Source of the DNA: Deltaproteobacteria bacterium
Lineage (GTDB): Bacteria; Myxococcota; Kuafuiibacteriia; Kuafuiibacteriales; Kuafuiibacteriaceae
Length of the DNA stretch: 64,000 nucleotides
Assembly (NCBI GenBank): GCA_040218735.1
Contig: JAVJQW010000057.1
Coordinates: 288,001 to 352,000, forward strand
Direction: 5' to 3'
In this document: positions 29,993 through 39,345 of the stretch, piece after piece
Layout of the letters: every line of letters starts with the position of its first letter
How positions within the stretch are numbered: the first letter of the stretch is position 1
Position numbers and translations under genes: made by a program
Notes under the pieces: generated by a model
The model's input: only the letters and a program-made list of their open reading frames with translations
Told to the model about the DNA's origin: nothing
Databases searched by the model: none

Positions 29993-31819
29993 TCAGCGGA
30001 AGACGGCCGTCCAGTTCAGCTGCGTCGGATCGGCCTCGCCGAAGTACGCGCCGCTCGCGAGCGGGTCGCGGTCGGCGGAGGGCCACGGGGTCGCCGTGCG
30101 ATCGTAGCTCCCCGGCCCGAGCGAGATGATGCTGAGGCGGTCGTCGCTGAGCGTCACGAGCTCGAGGTCACGCAGCGCGAACGAGTCCTCGTCGTTGTCC
30201 TCGGGGCCATCGATGTCGGTGATCACCACGTGGCGACGTCCGGTCTGGCTCGTCATCGCGATCGGCCAACCTTCGAGCACACGCCCCTCCGCGTCGGCCG
30301 CCGAGAGCTGCGGCGCGTACGTGGAGTGCGAGACGATCTCCAACCCCGGCGCGCCGTCGACGTTGCCGAGCAAGGCGTATTGCGCTCCCGACGCGACGCC
30401 TTCGCCCCACAGCGGCCTCGACACACTCACCCCGCCGCCCGTGAGGGAGAAACGATGCGCGACACCGTCGTCGACGATCACCGCGTACGGCGGAGCATCC
30501 GGATCCACGCGCCCCACCGCGACCCGCACGTCGAGATCCTGCGTCAGCGGCGGCGACACGTCGCGGAGGCTGTGCCCGTGCCGAACCCACGATCGCCAAC
30601 CGCGCCCCGCCGGCTCCAACCCGATGAGCTCGACGGCGTCGGCCGTCACGCGCACGACGCCGGGCTCCTCCACGCTGGCGAGCGCAGCGGGCGCCCGCAT
30701 CAACGCACCCCGCGGTGCGCCGGGCGCGGGGAAGTAGTCACCCCGGATGTAGATGCCGAACGGTGGCGTCGCCGCGGGCACCACGAGCACCGCGCCGTCC
30801 TGCGCCGCGAACGCGAGCGGCGCGAGCGGGACCGTGGCGCTCGTGTTGACGAGATCGATCTCCTCGAGCGGATTCGTCGTGCGCTCCGGATGGAAGACGA
30901 GGAGCGTCACCGGCGCCTCGTCACCGACGGGCACACCCGTGCGGTCGAGCGCGGCGTAGATGATCTCCGGGTTGGCGTCGCCGTCGAGGTCGATGACGAC
31001 CGGGTCCGAGATGTCGTCGACACCGAAGCGCGCCGGCGCGCGCACCGAACGAACGCGTCCACAACGCCCCACGGGGAACGCGGCGATCAGCTGGAACGGG
31101 GCCTCGCAGAGCGCGCCGACCACCGCGCGCGCGACGTCCGCACCGCTCGGCCCGACGGCCATCGCGCCGGAGCGGACGTGGCACCACTTGAAGGTGGAGT
31201 CACCGACGCACTGCCGCATCTCGGCGAGCGGTTGCAGGCGCACCTCGCAGGTGTCATCACCGCGGAGGAGACCGGCGTGGGCAAGGTTCCCGTTGGCGCT
31301 GACGATCACTTCACGCTCGACGCGCGAGCCGTACAGATCGAACACCGCGAGCGCGTTGGTGTCCGGAGGCGCCGGGATGCCGACGTCGCCGACCGGAACC
31401 TCCACCTCGCAGCGCGAGCGCTCGCTGGTCCGCGAGAGGAGCGCGAGGTCGAGCACGCGCCGTTCGCCCTCGGCGGCGGGGAGCGCGGTGAACGCCTGCG
31501 TCGCCGTCACGCTGCGCCCGGTGCGAAAGCCGTCGATCGCCACGGTCACCGGCGTCTCGGGTTCGCCGTAGACGACGAAGCTCAGGCGATCGGGATCCGT
31601 CCAACGCCCGTCGCCGGCCTCGAACGGACAGGTCCCGCTGAGAGCGCCGTCGAAGGGGATCGTGCAGGAGACGAATGCGCTCTGTTTCATCGCGTCGCCC
31701 TTCGCGACCTCCAGGTACATCTGCTCGAGATCCTGGTCGCGGATCGTCACGCGGACTTCGAGCGCCGCCGGGTCGGCGCAGCAGGACAACGCGAGCGCGA
31801 GGAGCCACGGCCTCTTCAC
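29993..31819 (-). CDS. lipoprotein with FG-GAP-like Ca-binding repeats
   Basis: LSC-C lipobox, DLDGDANPEI, NVDGAPGLEI, DIDG, GWP motifs. Confidence 0.75.
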   Translation of the reverse strand: MKRPWLLALALSCCADPAALEVRVTIRDQDLEQMYLEVAKGDAMKQSAFVSCTIPFDGALSGTCPFEAGDGRWTDPDRLSFVVYGEPETPVTVAIDGFRTGRSVTATQAFTALPAAEGERRVLDLALLSRTSERSRCEVEVPVGDVGIPAPPDTNALAVFDLYGSRVEREVIVSANGNLAHAGLLRGDDTCEVRLQPLAEMRQCVGDSTFKWCHVRSGAMAVGPSGADVARAVVGALCEAPFQLIAAFPVGRCGRVRSVRAPARFGVDDISDPVVIDLDGDANPEIIYAALDRTGVPVGDEAPVTLLVFHPERTTNPLEEIDLVNTSATVPLAPLAFAAQDGAVLVVPAATPPFGIYIRGDYFPAPGAPRGALMRAPAALASVEEPGVVRVTADAVELIGLEPAGRGWRSWVRHGHSLRDVSPPLTQDLDVRVAVGRVDPDAPPYAVIVDDGVAHRFSLTGGGVSVSRPLWGEGVASGAQYALLGNVDGAPGLEIVSHSTYAPQLSAADAEGRVLEGWPIAMTSQTGRRHVVITDIDGPEDNDEDSFALRDLELVTLSDDRLSIISLGPGSYDRTATPWPSADRDPLASGAYFGEADPTQLNWTAVFR

Positions 31820-32592
31820 GGCGGTGCCTCCGTCCTGCCGAGGGTTCCGTCCGCGGATGGCAAGTCAGGTTGCGCGACGAACGCCACCGCCACGGCCGAC
31901 CCGACCACCGCCGTCCCGACGAGCGCCCAGACCCACCACGCCGGACCGGAGTCGACCTCGACCACGACCCCCTTGGCGTTCGGGCGCGTGGGCAACAACA
32001 GCTCCGACGAGAACTGGTGCACCTCACGGCCGAGCCGGTCGACGACGCGACCGTCGACGCGAACGGTGCGGACGTCCAGGTTGGGGACCGTGACCGTCGC
32101 GGTCGCCGCGCGCACCGTGAGCGCGATGCGTCCGGAGGTGAAGCCCCCCTCGGGCCCGAAGTGTGCGTCGTAGCGGACCTCGTCGGCGCCGCGGAGCCCG
32201 CCCTCCAGCGCGACGTCGAGGCGGAGCGACTCGTGCACGATCCATCGGGCCGCGACGCGCGCGCGCAACGGCAACAGCTGCTCGCGGATCTCCTCGATGA
32301 AGCGCTGCACGGAGGGCGCGAGGGACTTGTCCTCGATCGGGCGACGCGGATCGCGCTCGAACATCTCGGTGAGGACGGCCCGCGCCTCCTCACGACGCCC
32401 GAGCACCAGGAGCGCCAGCGCCTCGACCTCCAGGCACGCGAGCGGGCGCGAGGGGTCCTCTTCGACCACCGCCTGCGCCGCGCTCAGCGCGGCCTCGACG
32501 TCCAGCGCCTCGTACTGCGCTCGCGCGGCCGCACAACCGCCCGGCGTCTGGCCCAGGAGCACCAAGGCCACGGTTGTGAGAACGCCCACCAC
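31816..32592 (-). CDS. exported TPR protein with C-terminal TM (WWVWA motif)
   Basis: Signal peptide, TPR-like helices, PAWWVWALVG TM. 4-nt overlap with the next gene. Confidence 0.7.
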   Translation of the reverse strand: MVGVLTTVALVLLGQTPGGCAAARAQYEALDVEAALSAAQAVVEEDPSRPLACLEVEALALLVLGRREEARAVLTEMFERDPRRPIEDKSLAPSVQRFIEEIREQLLPLRARVAARWIVHESLRLDVALEGGLRGADEVRYDAHFGPEGGFTSGRIALTVRAATATVTVPNLDVRTVRVDGRVVDRLGREVHQFSSELLLPTRPNAKGVVVEVDSGPAWWVWALVGTAVVGSAVAVAFVAQPDLPSADGTLGRTEAPP

Positions 32593-32608
32593 CGCCGACT
32601 ATATCGGC

Positions 32609-34441
32609 ATGGGGGCGACGGGCCCAGCAGAACGCGCCGGCGCGGGTGTCCCTTTTGGACGCTACGCGATCCGCGCGCGCCTCGGACGCGGGGGCATGGG
32701 CGAGGTGTTCCTCGCGGACCAGCTCGGGCCCCGCGGACCGGTCCGGCCCGTCGCGCTCAAGCGCGTGCTCCCGCGCTTCGTGGAGGACGACGCCGCCGTC
32801 GAGCTCTTCCTCTCCGAGATGCAAACCGCGGCGCAGCTCAACCACCCGAACATCGCGACCACGTACGACTTCGGCGAGGTCGACGGCGTCTACTTCATGA
32901 CGATGGAGTACGTCGACGGCATCACGCTCGACCGGCTCCTCGTTCACCACCAACGCATCGCCGTGCCGGAGGCGCTGACGATCGTCTTGGCCATCACGGA
33001 CGCCCTCGCCCACGCGCACACGCAGGGCGTCGTGCACCAGGACGTCACGCCGCACAACATCATGGTCTCGCGCACGGGCGCGGTGAAGCTGTTGGACTTC
33101 GGCATCGCGCGCGCGGAGGCGGCGGTGCTGAAGGCGGGCGTGCGCGCGAAGATCGCGTACGCAGCGCCGGAGCAGCTGGAGGGGTACGCGCCGGATCGAC
33201 GCTTCGATCTGTGGAGCCTCGGCGTCGTCCTCTACGAGGCGGTGGGCGGACAGCGCCCCTTCGCACCGACGGAAGCCGAGAAGGTGCTCGCGCTCGCCCG
33301 TCACAAACGCTTCCTCCCGCTGTCGGGCCTCGTGCCCGCAGTGGAGGATCTCGACGCGATCGTCGAGGGTGCGCTCGAGCCGGATCCGAATCGACGCTGG
33401 CTGAGCGCCGAGACCTTCGCGGCCGCGGTGCGCACCGCCGCGAACCGTCGGGCGGCTGCGGCCGACGCCGACCTCGCGGCGCTCGTCGCGCCGGTCCTCG
33501 CCGCGGCGAAGCCACCCGATCTCTCGGAGACCAGCGCGACCGGCGTCGCGGCGGTCGACCGCGCCGCGCTCGCGGCGCTGGAGGGGGAGCCGGAGGACGA
33601 CCGACCGACGCTCGTGCCAGGCCCCGCGGTGTCGGAGACCGCGACGACCTCCCCGCGCGGCGCCCCGCAGGGCACCCGCGCGATCGAGCGCGCCGCGGGG
33701 GTGAGCTCGAACCGTCGCTTGCTCCTCGCGCTGTTGTTGGTCGCGGCGCTCGTGGGGGGCGTGGGGTGGCTCGTCACTCGGGACGTCGGCGCGCCGATCT
33801 CCGCAGCGATGCCGGTGAAGGCCAACGCGCTGGACGAACCGAGCGCGCCCGACACACGCGACGAGGAACCGGTGAAACCGGGCGCAGCGCGCGACGAAGG
33901 CGCGCCGGCCCGGAGCCTCGACGCGCCGGCCGAAGCGGCGGCCGAAAAGCCGGGCGAAGATCCGGCCGAAGCGCCGACCGCGAAGCTGGCCGAAGCGCCG
34001 CGCGAGGATCGGACCGAAGCGGCGGGCGAGAAGCCGACCGAAGCGACCGGCGTCGAGCGGGTCGCGGACGTCACTTCGGACCCCGCGCGGGCGAAGCGCC
34101 CCTTGCGGAAGCGCCCGCGACGCAAACGGCGCGCGCCGCCGGCCCCGCCGACGGAGGCCCCCGGCGCGGCGCGTCTGGCGTCCCCGCCTCCGCCCCCCCC
34201 GAGCGGGCTGGGGCTGCTGTCCGTGCGCAGCGTCCCGTGGGCGCGCGTCGCGCTCGACGGACGCGCGATCGGTGAAGGGGTGATCGCGAAGCGCCCCGTC
34301 GAGACGGGTCGACACACGCTGACGCTGCGCCCGGGCGAGGGGCCCTACGAGACGAAGACGGTGACGTTCGAGATACGGCCCGGTGTCACCACGAAGATCT
34401 TCGCGGACCTGCGGACGGGCACCGTGCGTGTCGAGCCATGA
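32609..34441 (+). CDS. membrane Ser/Thr protein kinase with C-terminal PEGA-like domain
   Basis: LGRGGMGEVF, VALKR, HQDVTPHN, DFGIAR, APEQ, DLWSLG, TM, SVPWARVALDG. Confidence 0.9.
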   Translation: MGATGPAERAGAGVPFGRYAIRARLGRGGMGEVFLADQLGPRGPVRPVALKRVLPRFVEDDAAVELFLSEMQTAAQLNHPNIATTYDFGEVDGVYFMTMEYVDGITLDRLLVHHQRIAVPEALTIVLAITDALAHAHTQGVVHQDVTPHNIMVSRTGAVKLLDFGIARAEAAVLKAGVRAKIAYAAPEQLEGYAPDRRFDLWSLGVVLYEAVGGQRPFAPTEAEKVLALARHKRFLPLSGLVPAVEDLDAIVEGALEPDPNRRWLSAETFAAAVRTAANRRAAAADADLAALVAPVLAAAKPPDLSETSATGVAAVDRAALAALEGEPEDDRPTLVPGPAVSETATTSPRGAPQGTRAIERAAGVSSNRRLLLALLLVAALVGGVGWLVTRDVGAPISAAMPVKANALDEPSAPDTRDEEPVKPGAARDEGAPARSLDAPAEAAAEKPGEDPAEAPTAKLAEAPREDRTEAAGEKPTEATGVERVADVTSDPARAKRPLRKRPRRKRRAPPAPPTEAPGAARLASPPPPPPSGLGLLSVRSVPWARVALDGRAIGEGVIAKRPVETGRHTLTLRPGEGPYETKTVTFEIRPGVTTKIFADLRTGTVRVEP

Positions 34442-34458
34442 CGTGCTAGCACCGGCGC

Positions 34459-35745
34459 ATGGACGTCCTCGCGATGGTGCTCGCCGGCGGTGAAGGCACG
34501 CGGTTGTGGCCGCTGACGCAAGAGCGCGCGAAGCCCGCGGTGCCCTTCGGCGGCAAGTACCGGATCATCGACTTCGTACTGTCGAACCTCGTCAACTCGG
34601 GGGTCCAACGCATCAAGGTCCTCACGCAGTACAAGTCGGACTCGCTGCTCAAACACTTGCTGCGGACCTGGAACGCGTACGCGGGCTTCGGTGGGTTCGT
34701 CGAGCCCGTCCCGCCGCAACAGAACCTGACGAAGGCCTGGTACTCGGGGAGCGTCGACGCGATCTTCCAGAACCTCAACATCATCTCGGACGAGCGGCCG
34801 GAGATCGTCGCGGTCTTCGGCGGCGACCACGTCTACAAGCTCGACGTCCGACAGATGATCCAGTTCCACGTCGAGCGCGGCGCGGCGGCGACCGTCGCCG
34901 CCATCCCCGTGCCGGTGGCCGAAGCGACGCGCTTCGGCTGCATCGACTGCGACGCGAAGGGGCGGATGACGGGCTTCGTCGAGAAGCCGAAGAACCCGCC
35001 CGAGATGCCCGGTCGCCCCGGGTACGCGCTCGCGTCGATGGGCAACTACCTGTTCGATCCGAAGGTGCTCGTCCGCGAGTGTGAGAACGACGCGACGAAA
35101 GCCGGGAGCCGCCACGACTTCGGCGGCGATCTCATCCCCGGCATGTTCGGGCGCGAGCCGGTCTACGTCTACGACTTCTCCGAGAACATCGTGCGCGGGG
35201 AGCACCCATCGACGTCCGGCTACTGGGTCGACATCGGGACGATCGAGGCCTACCACCAGGCGTCGATGGACCTCGTCGCGGTGTCGCCGACGTTCAACCT
35301 CTACAACCGCGGCTGGCCGATCCGCTCCGCGGTTCAGAACTCACCGCCGGCCAAGTTCGTGTTCGCGGACCAGCAGACGAAGCGCATCGGCATCGCGACC
35401 GACTCCCTCGTGTGTGAAGGCTCGGTCATCTCCGGTGGTCACCTCGAGCGGAGCATCCTCTCGCACAACGTCCGCGTGAACTCCTACGCGCACGTGAGTG
35501 AAGCGATCATCTTCGCGGGCGTGACGATCGGTCGGCACGCACGCATTCGCCGCGCGATCATCGACAAGGGCGTGACGATCCCCGAAGGCATGACGATCGG
35601 CTACGACCCGGACGAGGACAGGAAGCACTGGTACGTGTCGAAGGACGGCATCGTGATCGTCCCGAAGGGCGGTGCGCTCGCGCGCGCCCGGCCTGCGACG
35701 AGCGACCTCTCCGCGACGGACGACCTCCCGTCGATCACCGACTGA
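34459..35745 (+). CDS. glgC: glucose-1-phosphate adenylyltransferase
   Basis: [51 protein letters not shown]. Confidence 0.96.
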   Translation: MDVLAMVLAGGEGTRLWPLTQERAKPAVPFGGKYRIIDFVLSNLVNSGVQRIKVLTQYKSDSLLKHLLRTWNAYAGFGGFVEPVPPQQNLTKAWYSGSVDAIFQNLNIISDERPEIVAVFGGDHVYKLDVRQMIQFHVERGAAATVAAIPVPVAEATRFGCIDCDAKGRMTGFVEKPKNPPEMPGRPGYALASMGNYLFDPKVLVRECENDATKAGSRHDFGGDLIPGMFGREPVYVYDFSENIVRGEHPSTSGYWVDIGTIEAYHQASMDLVAVSPTFNLYNRGWPIRSAVQNSPPAKFVFADQQTKRIGIATDSLVCEGSVISGGHLERSILSHNVRVNSYAHVSEAIIFAGVTIGRHARIRRAIIDKGVTIPEGMTIGYDPDEDRKHWYVSKDGIVIVPKGGALARARPATSDLSATDDLPSITD

Positions 35746-35822
35746 TCCCCCTCCGATCCGCCCTTCCTCGCCCGAATCCGCGCCCTGCGGCTTTGCCCTG
35801 TTCTGTCAGAGAGATCCGGAAA

Positions 35823-36410
35823 ATGGATCTCGTGAAAGAGAACAACATTCAGCACAAGAGTCCCAATGGTTGGCGCAACATCGGCCGTTCGCTGGTCGTC
35901 GTGGTCGTCGGTTCCGACGCCCTCGCCCGAGTATTTTCAAAAGATCCCGACGTCGTCGTGATTCACTTCGACGGCATCCCGAAGAACGTTCACGAGCTGC
36001 GTGCGTTCAGCCCGTCCGTCGTCGACGTCGCGGTGCTCGACGCGACCACGTTGCCGCGTGGTCGCATGGTCAAACTCGCGCAGTCGCTGCGTCATCGACT
36101 GCTCGCTTCCGTCATCCTCCTTCCGTCCGACAGCTACGGCGAAGCGATGTTTCGTCGTTGGCTCGGCGTCGTGAAGGAAGAACGGAGCCCGTGGATGCGG
36201 TACCTGTGGATGTCGGTCGCCGTCGCAGCTCAGGAGACGTGGGCGCTCGGTTGGGTCACGATGACGCGGAGCACCGCGAAGAACGTGATGCAAGCGCCTT
36301 CGCTTCCGAAGTCGGATGAGCAGCTGCTGCCGCGTCCGCCGAGTCGGACGGCGCCGTTCTCTCCCACGCCGGAGATGTTGGCGATGCTCGCCGAGGCGTA
36401 TCAGGAGTAG
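35823..36410 (+). CDS. hypothetical protein
   Basis: Open frame filling the gap between glgC and the next gene. Alpha/beta pattern, no recognised motif. Confidence 0.55.
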   Translation: MDLVKENNIQHKSPNGWRNIGRSLVVVVVGSDALARVFSKDPDVVVIHFDGIPKNVHELRAFSPSVVDVAVLDATTLPRGRMVKLAQSLRHRLLASVILLPSDSYGEAMFRRWLGVVKEERSPWMRYLWMSVAVAAQETWALGWVTMTRSTAKNVMQAPSLPKSDEQLLPRPPSRTAPFSPTPEMLAMLAEAYQE

Positions 36411-36443
36411 GCCCTCTGGGTTGTGCACGGGCGAAGCGCTAGT

Positions 36444-38168
36444 ATGGCGCTTCGCCTCGTGAAGATCCCTCCGCCACCGCTTACGTACTCGAAGGACCGA
36501 ACGCTCACGCGGCGCACGGTCAAGGGTGCGGCCGGCGGCATGAAGGGCGTCGACTACGAAGACGATCGCCGCCCGGACGTCAGCACCGAGAAGGCCACCG
36601 CCGGCGCGGGCTCGAACGCCGAGAGTCACGCGGTCGAAGCCGCTCGCCACGCGAAGGCCCACGAACAAGTCGCGAAGAACGCCGAGCCCGAAGAGAAGCC
36701 CGGAAAGATCCGCGAAGAAGACGAGATGGTCCTCGACGACGAGGACGCGATCACCCGCGACAAGAAGGCGAAGGAGAACCGGCGCAACTTCGTTCCGCGC
36801 GATCGCATGACCGTCGACAAGGACGCGCCGAAGCTCCTCCGCAAACACAGTTGGTCCGAGGATGAGGAAGAGGACGAAGCGTTCGAAGAGGAAGAAGAGC
36901 AGGAGCTCGACCTCGACGCGATCGGCGAAGCCGTCTTCTCTCCCGAGCTCGAAGAGGCCCACGACACCCGAACGCGCCGTCGCCCCGGTGACCCCGCGCT
37001 GACCGACCCGGCCGACATCCAACGCCTCCTCGGCGCGCCGCACCACTACGCCAAACACGTCATGATCCTCGCCGAGGCGTTCCGCTCGGCGACGGGCGCG
37101 ACGCGCCGAGAGGCGATCGGCTACCTCACCGCGATGTTCTGCGCCGCACCGGACCGAAGCTTCGGCCGACTCGCACTCAAGGAGTTCGGCCCGGCGACCG
37201 GAATCCTCGACATCTATCCGCTGGAGGTCGTCGAAGACATCCTCACGCGCTACCCCGCGTTCCTGCCCAAGGTCGGCTTCGGTCGCCTGTTCGCCGACGT
37301 GCCGCGCGACGCCTCGCGCCCGCTCCTCCTCATCGCCAACGAACCAACCCTCCTGAGCTACCCGGCGCAGGTGAAGATCCGCGGCTTCGCCGTGCGGGGC
37401 GGCGATCGACCGGGGTACCGCTTCGAGCCCGCCGCCGAGCCCGGCACCTACGCGCTCACGGTGCACGCCGGCGGTGAGTTCGCCTTCCTCGTCTCGGCGC
37501 TGGTGAAGTCCGGCCACACGATCATCGATCGCCTGCACGTGCAGGTCGCCGGCGAGCCGCGCGAGCTGCCTGCGGACACCTGGCCGGAGCGGGACGCGGA
37601 GAAGGTCGCGGCGTGGCCGATCCCGACGCCGCCGCCGATCGACCCGCGCGAAGCGCTCGAGCCCCACGCGGAGGAGGTCGACCCGAGCCTGATGAGCTCG
37701 TCGCAGATCATCCAGAAGAAGCAGATGGGCGCGCTGCGCGGCCCGAAGGGTGAGGACTACGAAGCGCAACACGGCTTCGCCTACGAGGACGAGCTCGACG
37801 ACGTCGTCGAGGAGGAGTTGGAGCGCTTCTCGCTGGAGTCGGACGACGCGATCGAGCTGGTCGACGGGCCGCCCACCGACGAGATCGAGATCCCGCCGGA
37901 CATCACGGACGACGTGCCGATGGCGTTCGACGACACGACACACGACGACCTCGACGCGCTCGCGGCCGGCGAAGGGATCGAGGTCGTCGGTGCGGACACG
38001 ATCGACGAGCCGCTCCCCTCCGCCGCCCAGAGCGCGTTGATCCGCATCCGTGAAGAGGCCGGCGGCGACCGCAGCGAAAACGCGTTGTCGGTCGCGGACC
38101 GCGCGCTGCTCGACATCGCGTTCGCGACGCTCGCCGACGAGCCGCTCCCTAGCGACGAAGAGGAGTGA
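36444..38168 (+). CDS. hypothetical protein with acidic disordered flanks and a central globular domain
   Basis: GC3-biased codons, E/D-rich N- and C-terminal regions. Confidence 0.75.
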   Translation: MALRLVKIPPPPLTYSKDRTLTRRTVKGAAGGMKGVDYEDDRRPDVSTEKATAGAGSNAESHAVEAARHAKAHEQVAKNAEPEEKPGKIREEDEMVLDDEDAITRDKKAKENRRNFVPRDRMTVDKDAPKLLRKHSWSEDEEEDEAFEEEEEQELDLDAIGEAVFSPELEEAHDTRTRRRPGDPALTDPADIQRLLGAPHHYAKHVMILAEAFRSATGATRREAIGYLTAMFCAAPDRSFGRLALKEFGPATGILDIYPLEVVEDILTRYPAFLPKVGFGRLFADVPRDASRPLLLIANEPTLLSYPAQVKIRGFAVRGGDRPGYRFEPAAEPGTYALTVHAGGEFAFLVSALVKSGHTIIDRLHVQVAGEPRELPADTWPERDAEKVAAWPIPTPPPIDPREALEPHAEEVDPSLMSSSQIIQKKQMGALRGPKGEDYEAQHGFAYEDELDDVVEEELERFSLESDDAIELVDGPPTDEIEIPPDITDDVPMAFDDTTHDDLDALAAGEGIEVVGADTIDEPLPSAAQSALIRIREEAGGDRSENALSVADRALLDIAFATLADEPLPSDEEE

Positions 38169-39123
38169 GGCGCTCCAGCAGCTCTGCCCAGCGATCGGCG
38201 ACGGCGTCGTAGGTGTACGTCGTCTCCACGCGTCGACGTCCCGCGGCGCCCATCTTCGCGCGGCTGTCGGCGGAGGCTGCGATTCGAGAGAGCGCTTCGA
38301 CCCACGCCTCGGTATCGCGGGCGAGGAACCCCTCCTCGCCCGGCACGACGACCTCGCGGTTCATACCGACGTCGGAGCCGACGACCGGCAGCTCGGCGGC
38401 CATGTACTGCAAGAGCTTGTACGCGCACTTCCCGCGCGTCCACGGTGAGTCGGCGTCGAGCGGCATCACGCCGACGTCGCAGCTCGCGATCGTCTGCTCC
38501 TGTGCTTCCAACGACCAGGCCACGTTCTCGACGCGACACTCGTTCGTTTCAAAGGATTCGTTTGAAACGACGACAAGCTCGACGTCGGTCCCATCCGAGG
38601 CGAGCCGACGCCACACCGGATCGAGCGTCGCGAGGTGCCGGAGGTTGTGGCCGAGCCCCACCCACACCACACGAAGTGGGCCTCCGTCGACGTGTCGTCG
38701 CCGGGCCACCTCGTGGGGCACGGCGGACGGGATGATCGCGTGCGGCTTGTCGGCGGGGAGAAACGACGCCAGGTACGCGTTGCCGGGTGTGAAGGCGTCC
38801 GCGAGCTGAACCGCCCGGCCAAACCGCGCGGCGCGTGTCTTGGATTCGTGTGACCCGTCCTTGGGGTGATCGCGGTACATCACCGCGTCGTCGAAGTCGT
38901 AGACGAGCGGCCCGCGGATCCGCGCCCAGCTCCGCCCGCTCCACCACGTCGGTGTCTTCTTCTGGATGACGACGATGCCCTCGGACGGGAGCCCGTCTTC
39001 GTACCGCCGCAGCCGAACGTCGAAGCCGCGCGCCGCGAGGTGCGAAGCGAGATCGATCATCCGGATCCGAGCCGAGGGGCGCGACGGATCCTGATGCACG
39101 AGCGTGACGAGCGGGCGAGGCAA
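38149..39123 (-). CDS. glycosyltransferase family 4
   Basis: VYDFDDA, DVGVMPL..WTRGKCAYKLLQYMA..PVVGSDVG. Confidence 0.9.
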   Translation of the reverse strand: MPRPLVTLVHQDPSRPSARIRMIDLASHLAARGFDVRLRRYEDGLPSEGIVVIQKKTPTWWSGRSWARIRGPLVYDFDDAVMYRDHPKDGSHESKTRAARFGRAVQLADAFTPGNAYLASFLPADKPHAIIPSAVPHEVARRRHVDGGPLRVVWVGLGHNLRHLATLDPVWRRLASDGTDVELVVVSNESFETNECRVENVAWSLEAQEQTIASCDVGVMPLDADSPWTRGKCAYKLLQYMAAELPVVGSDVGMNREVVVPGEEGFLARDTEAWVEALSRIAASADSRAKMGAAGRRRVETTYTYDAVADRWAELLERLTPLRR

Positions 39124-39345
39124 CCGCTGCGCCGTCGCACGGGGGACGGAGAGGGTCGAGCCCCGGGTTCGGCTCGCGCGGATGTCGGGTTTTGTGTCCT
39201 CTCGTCGAATACCTCGGGGGGCCCTCGGTTCGGGCCGCCGGCCTTGGAGTGATTCATTTTGGATTTCGATAGGTTGCGCGAGACGGGAAGCAGTGTCTGG
39301 AGCCGTCGACCCCCACCCGATGAACCACTACAATGGTCCGGCTCG

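Noticed and set aside
38545-38568. AT-rich palindrome GTTTCAAA...TTTGAAAC
   Set aside because: It lies inside the glycosyltransferase CDS (encodes VSNESFET) and is a single copy, so it is probably coincidental.
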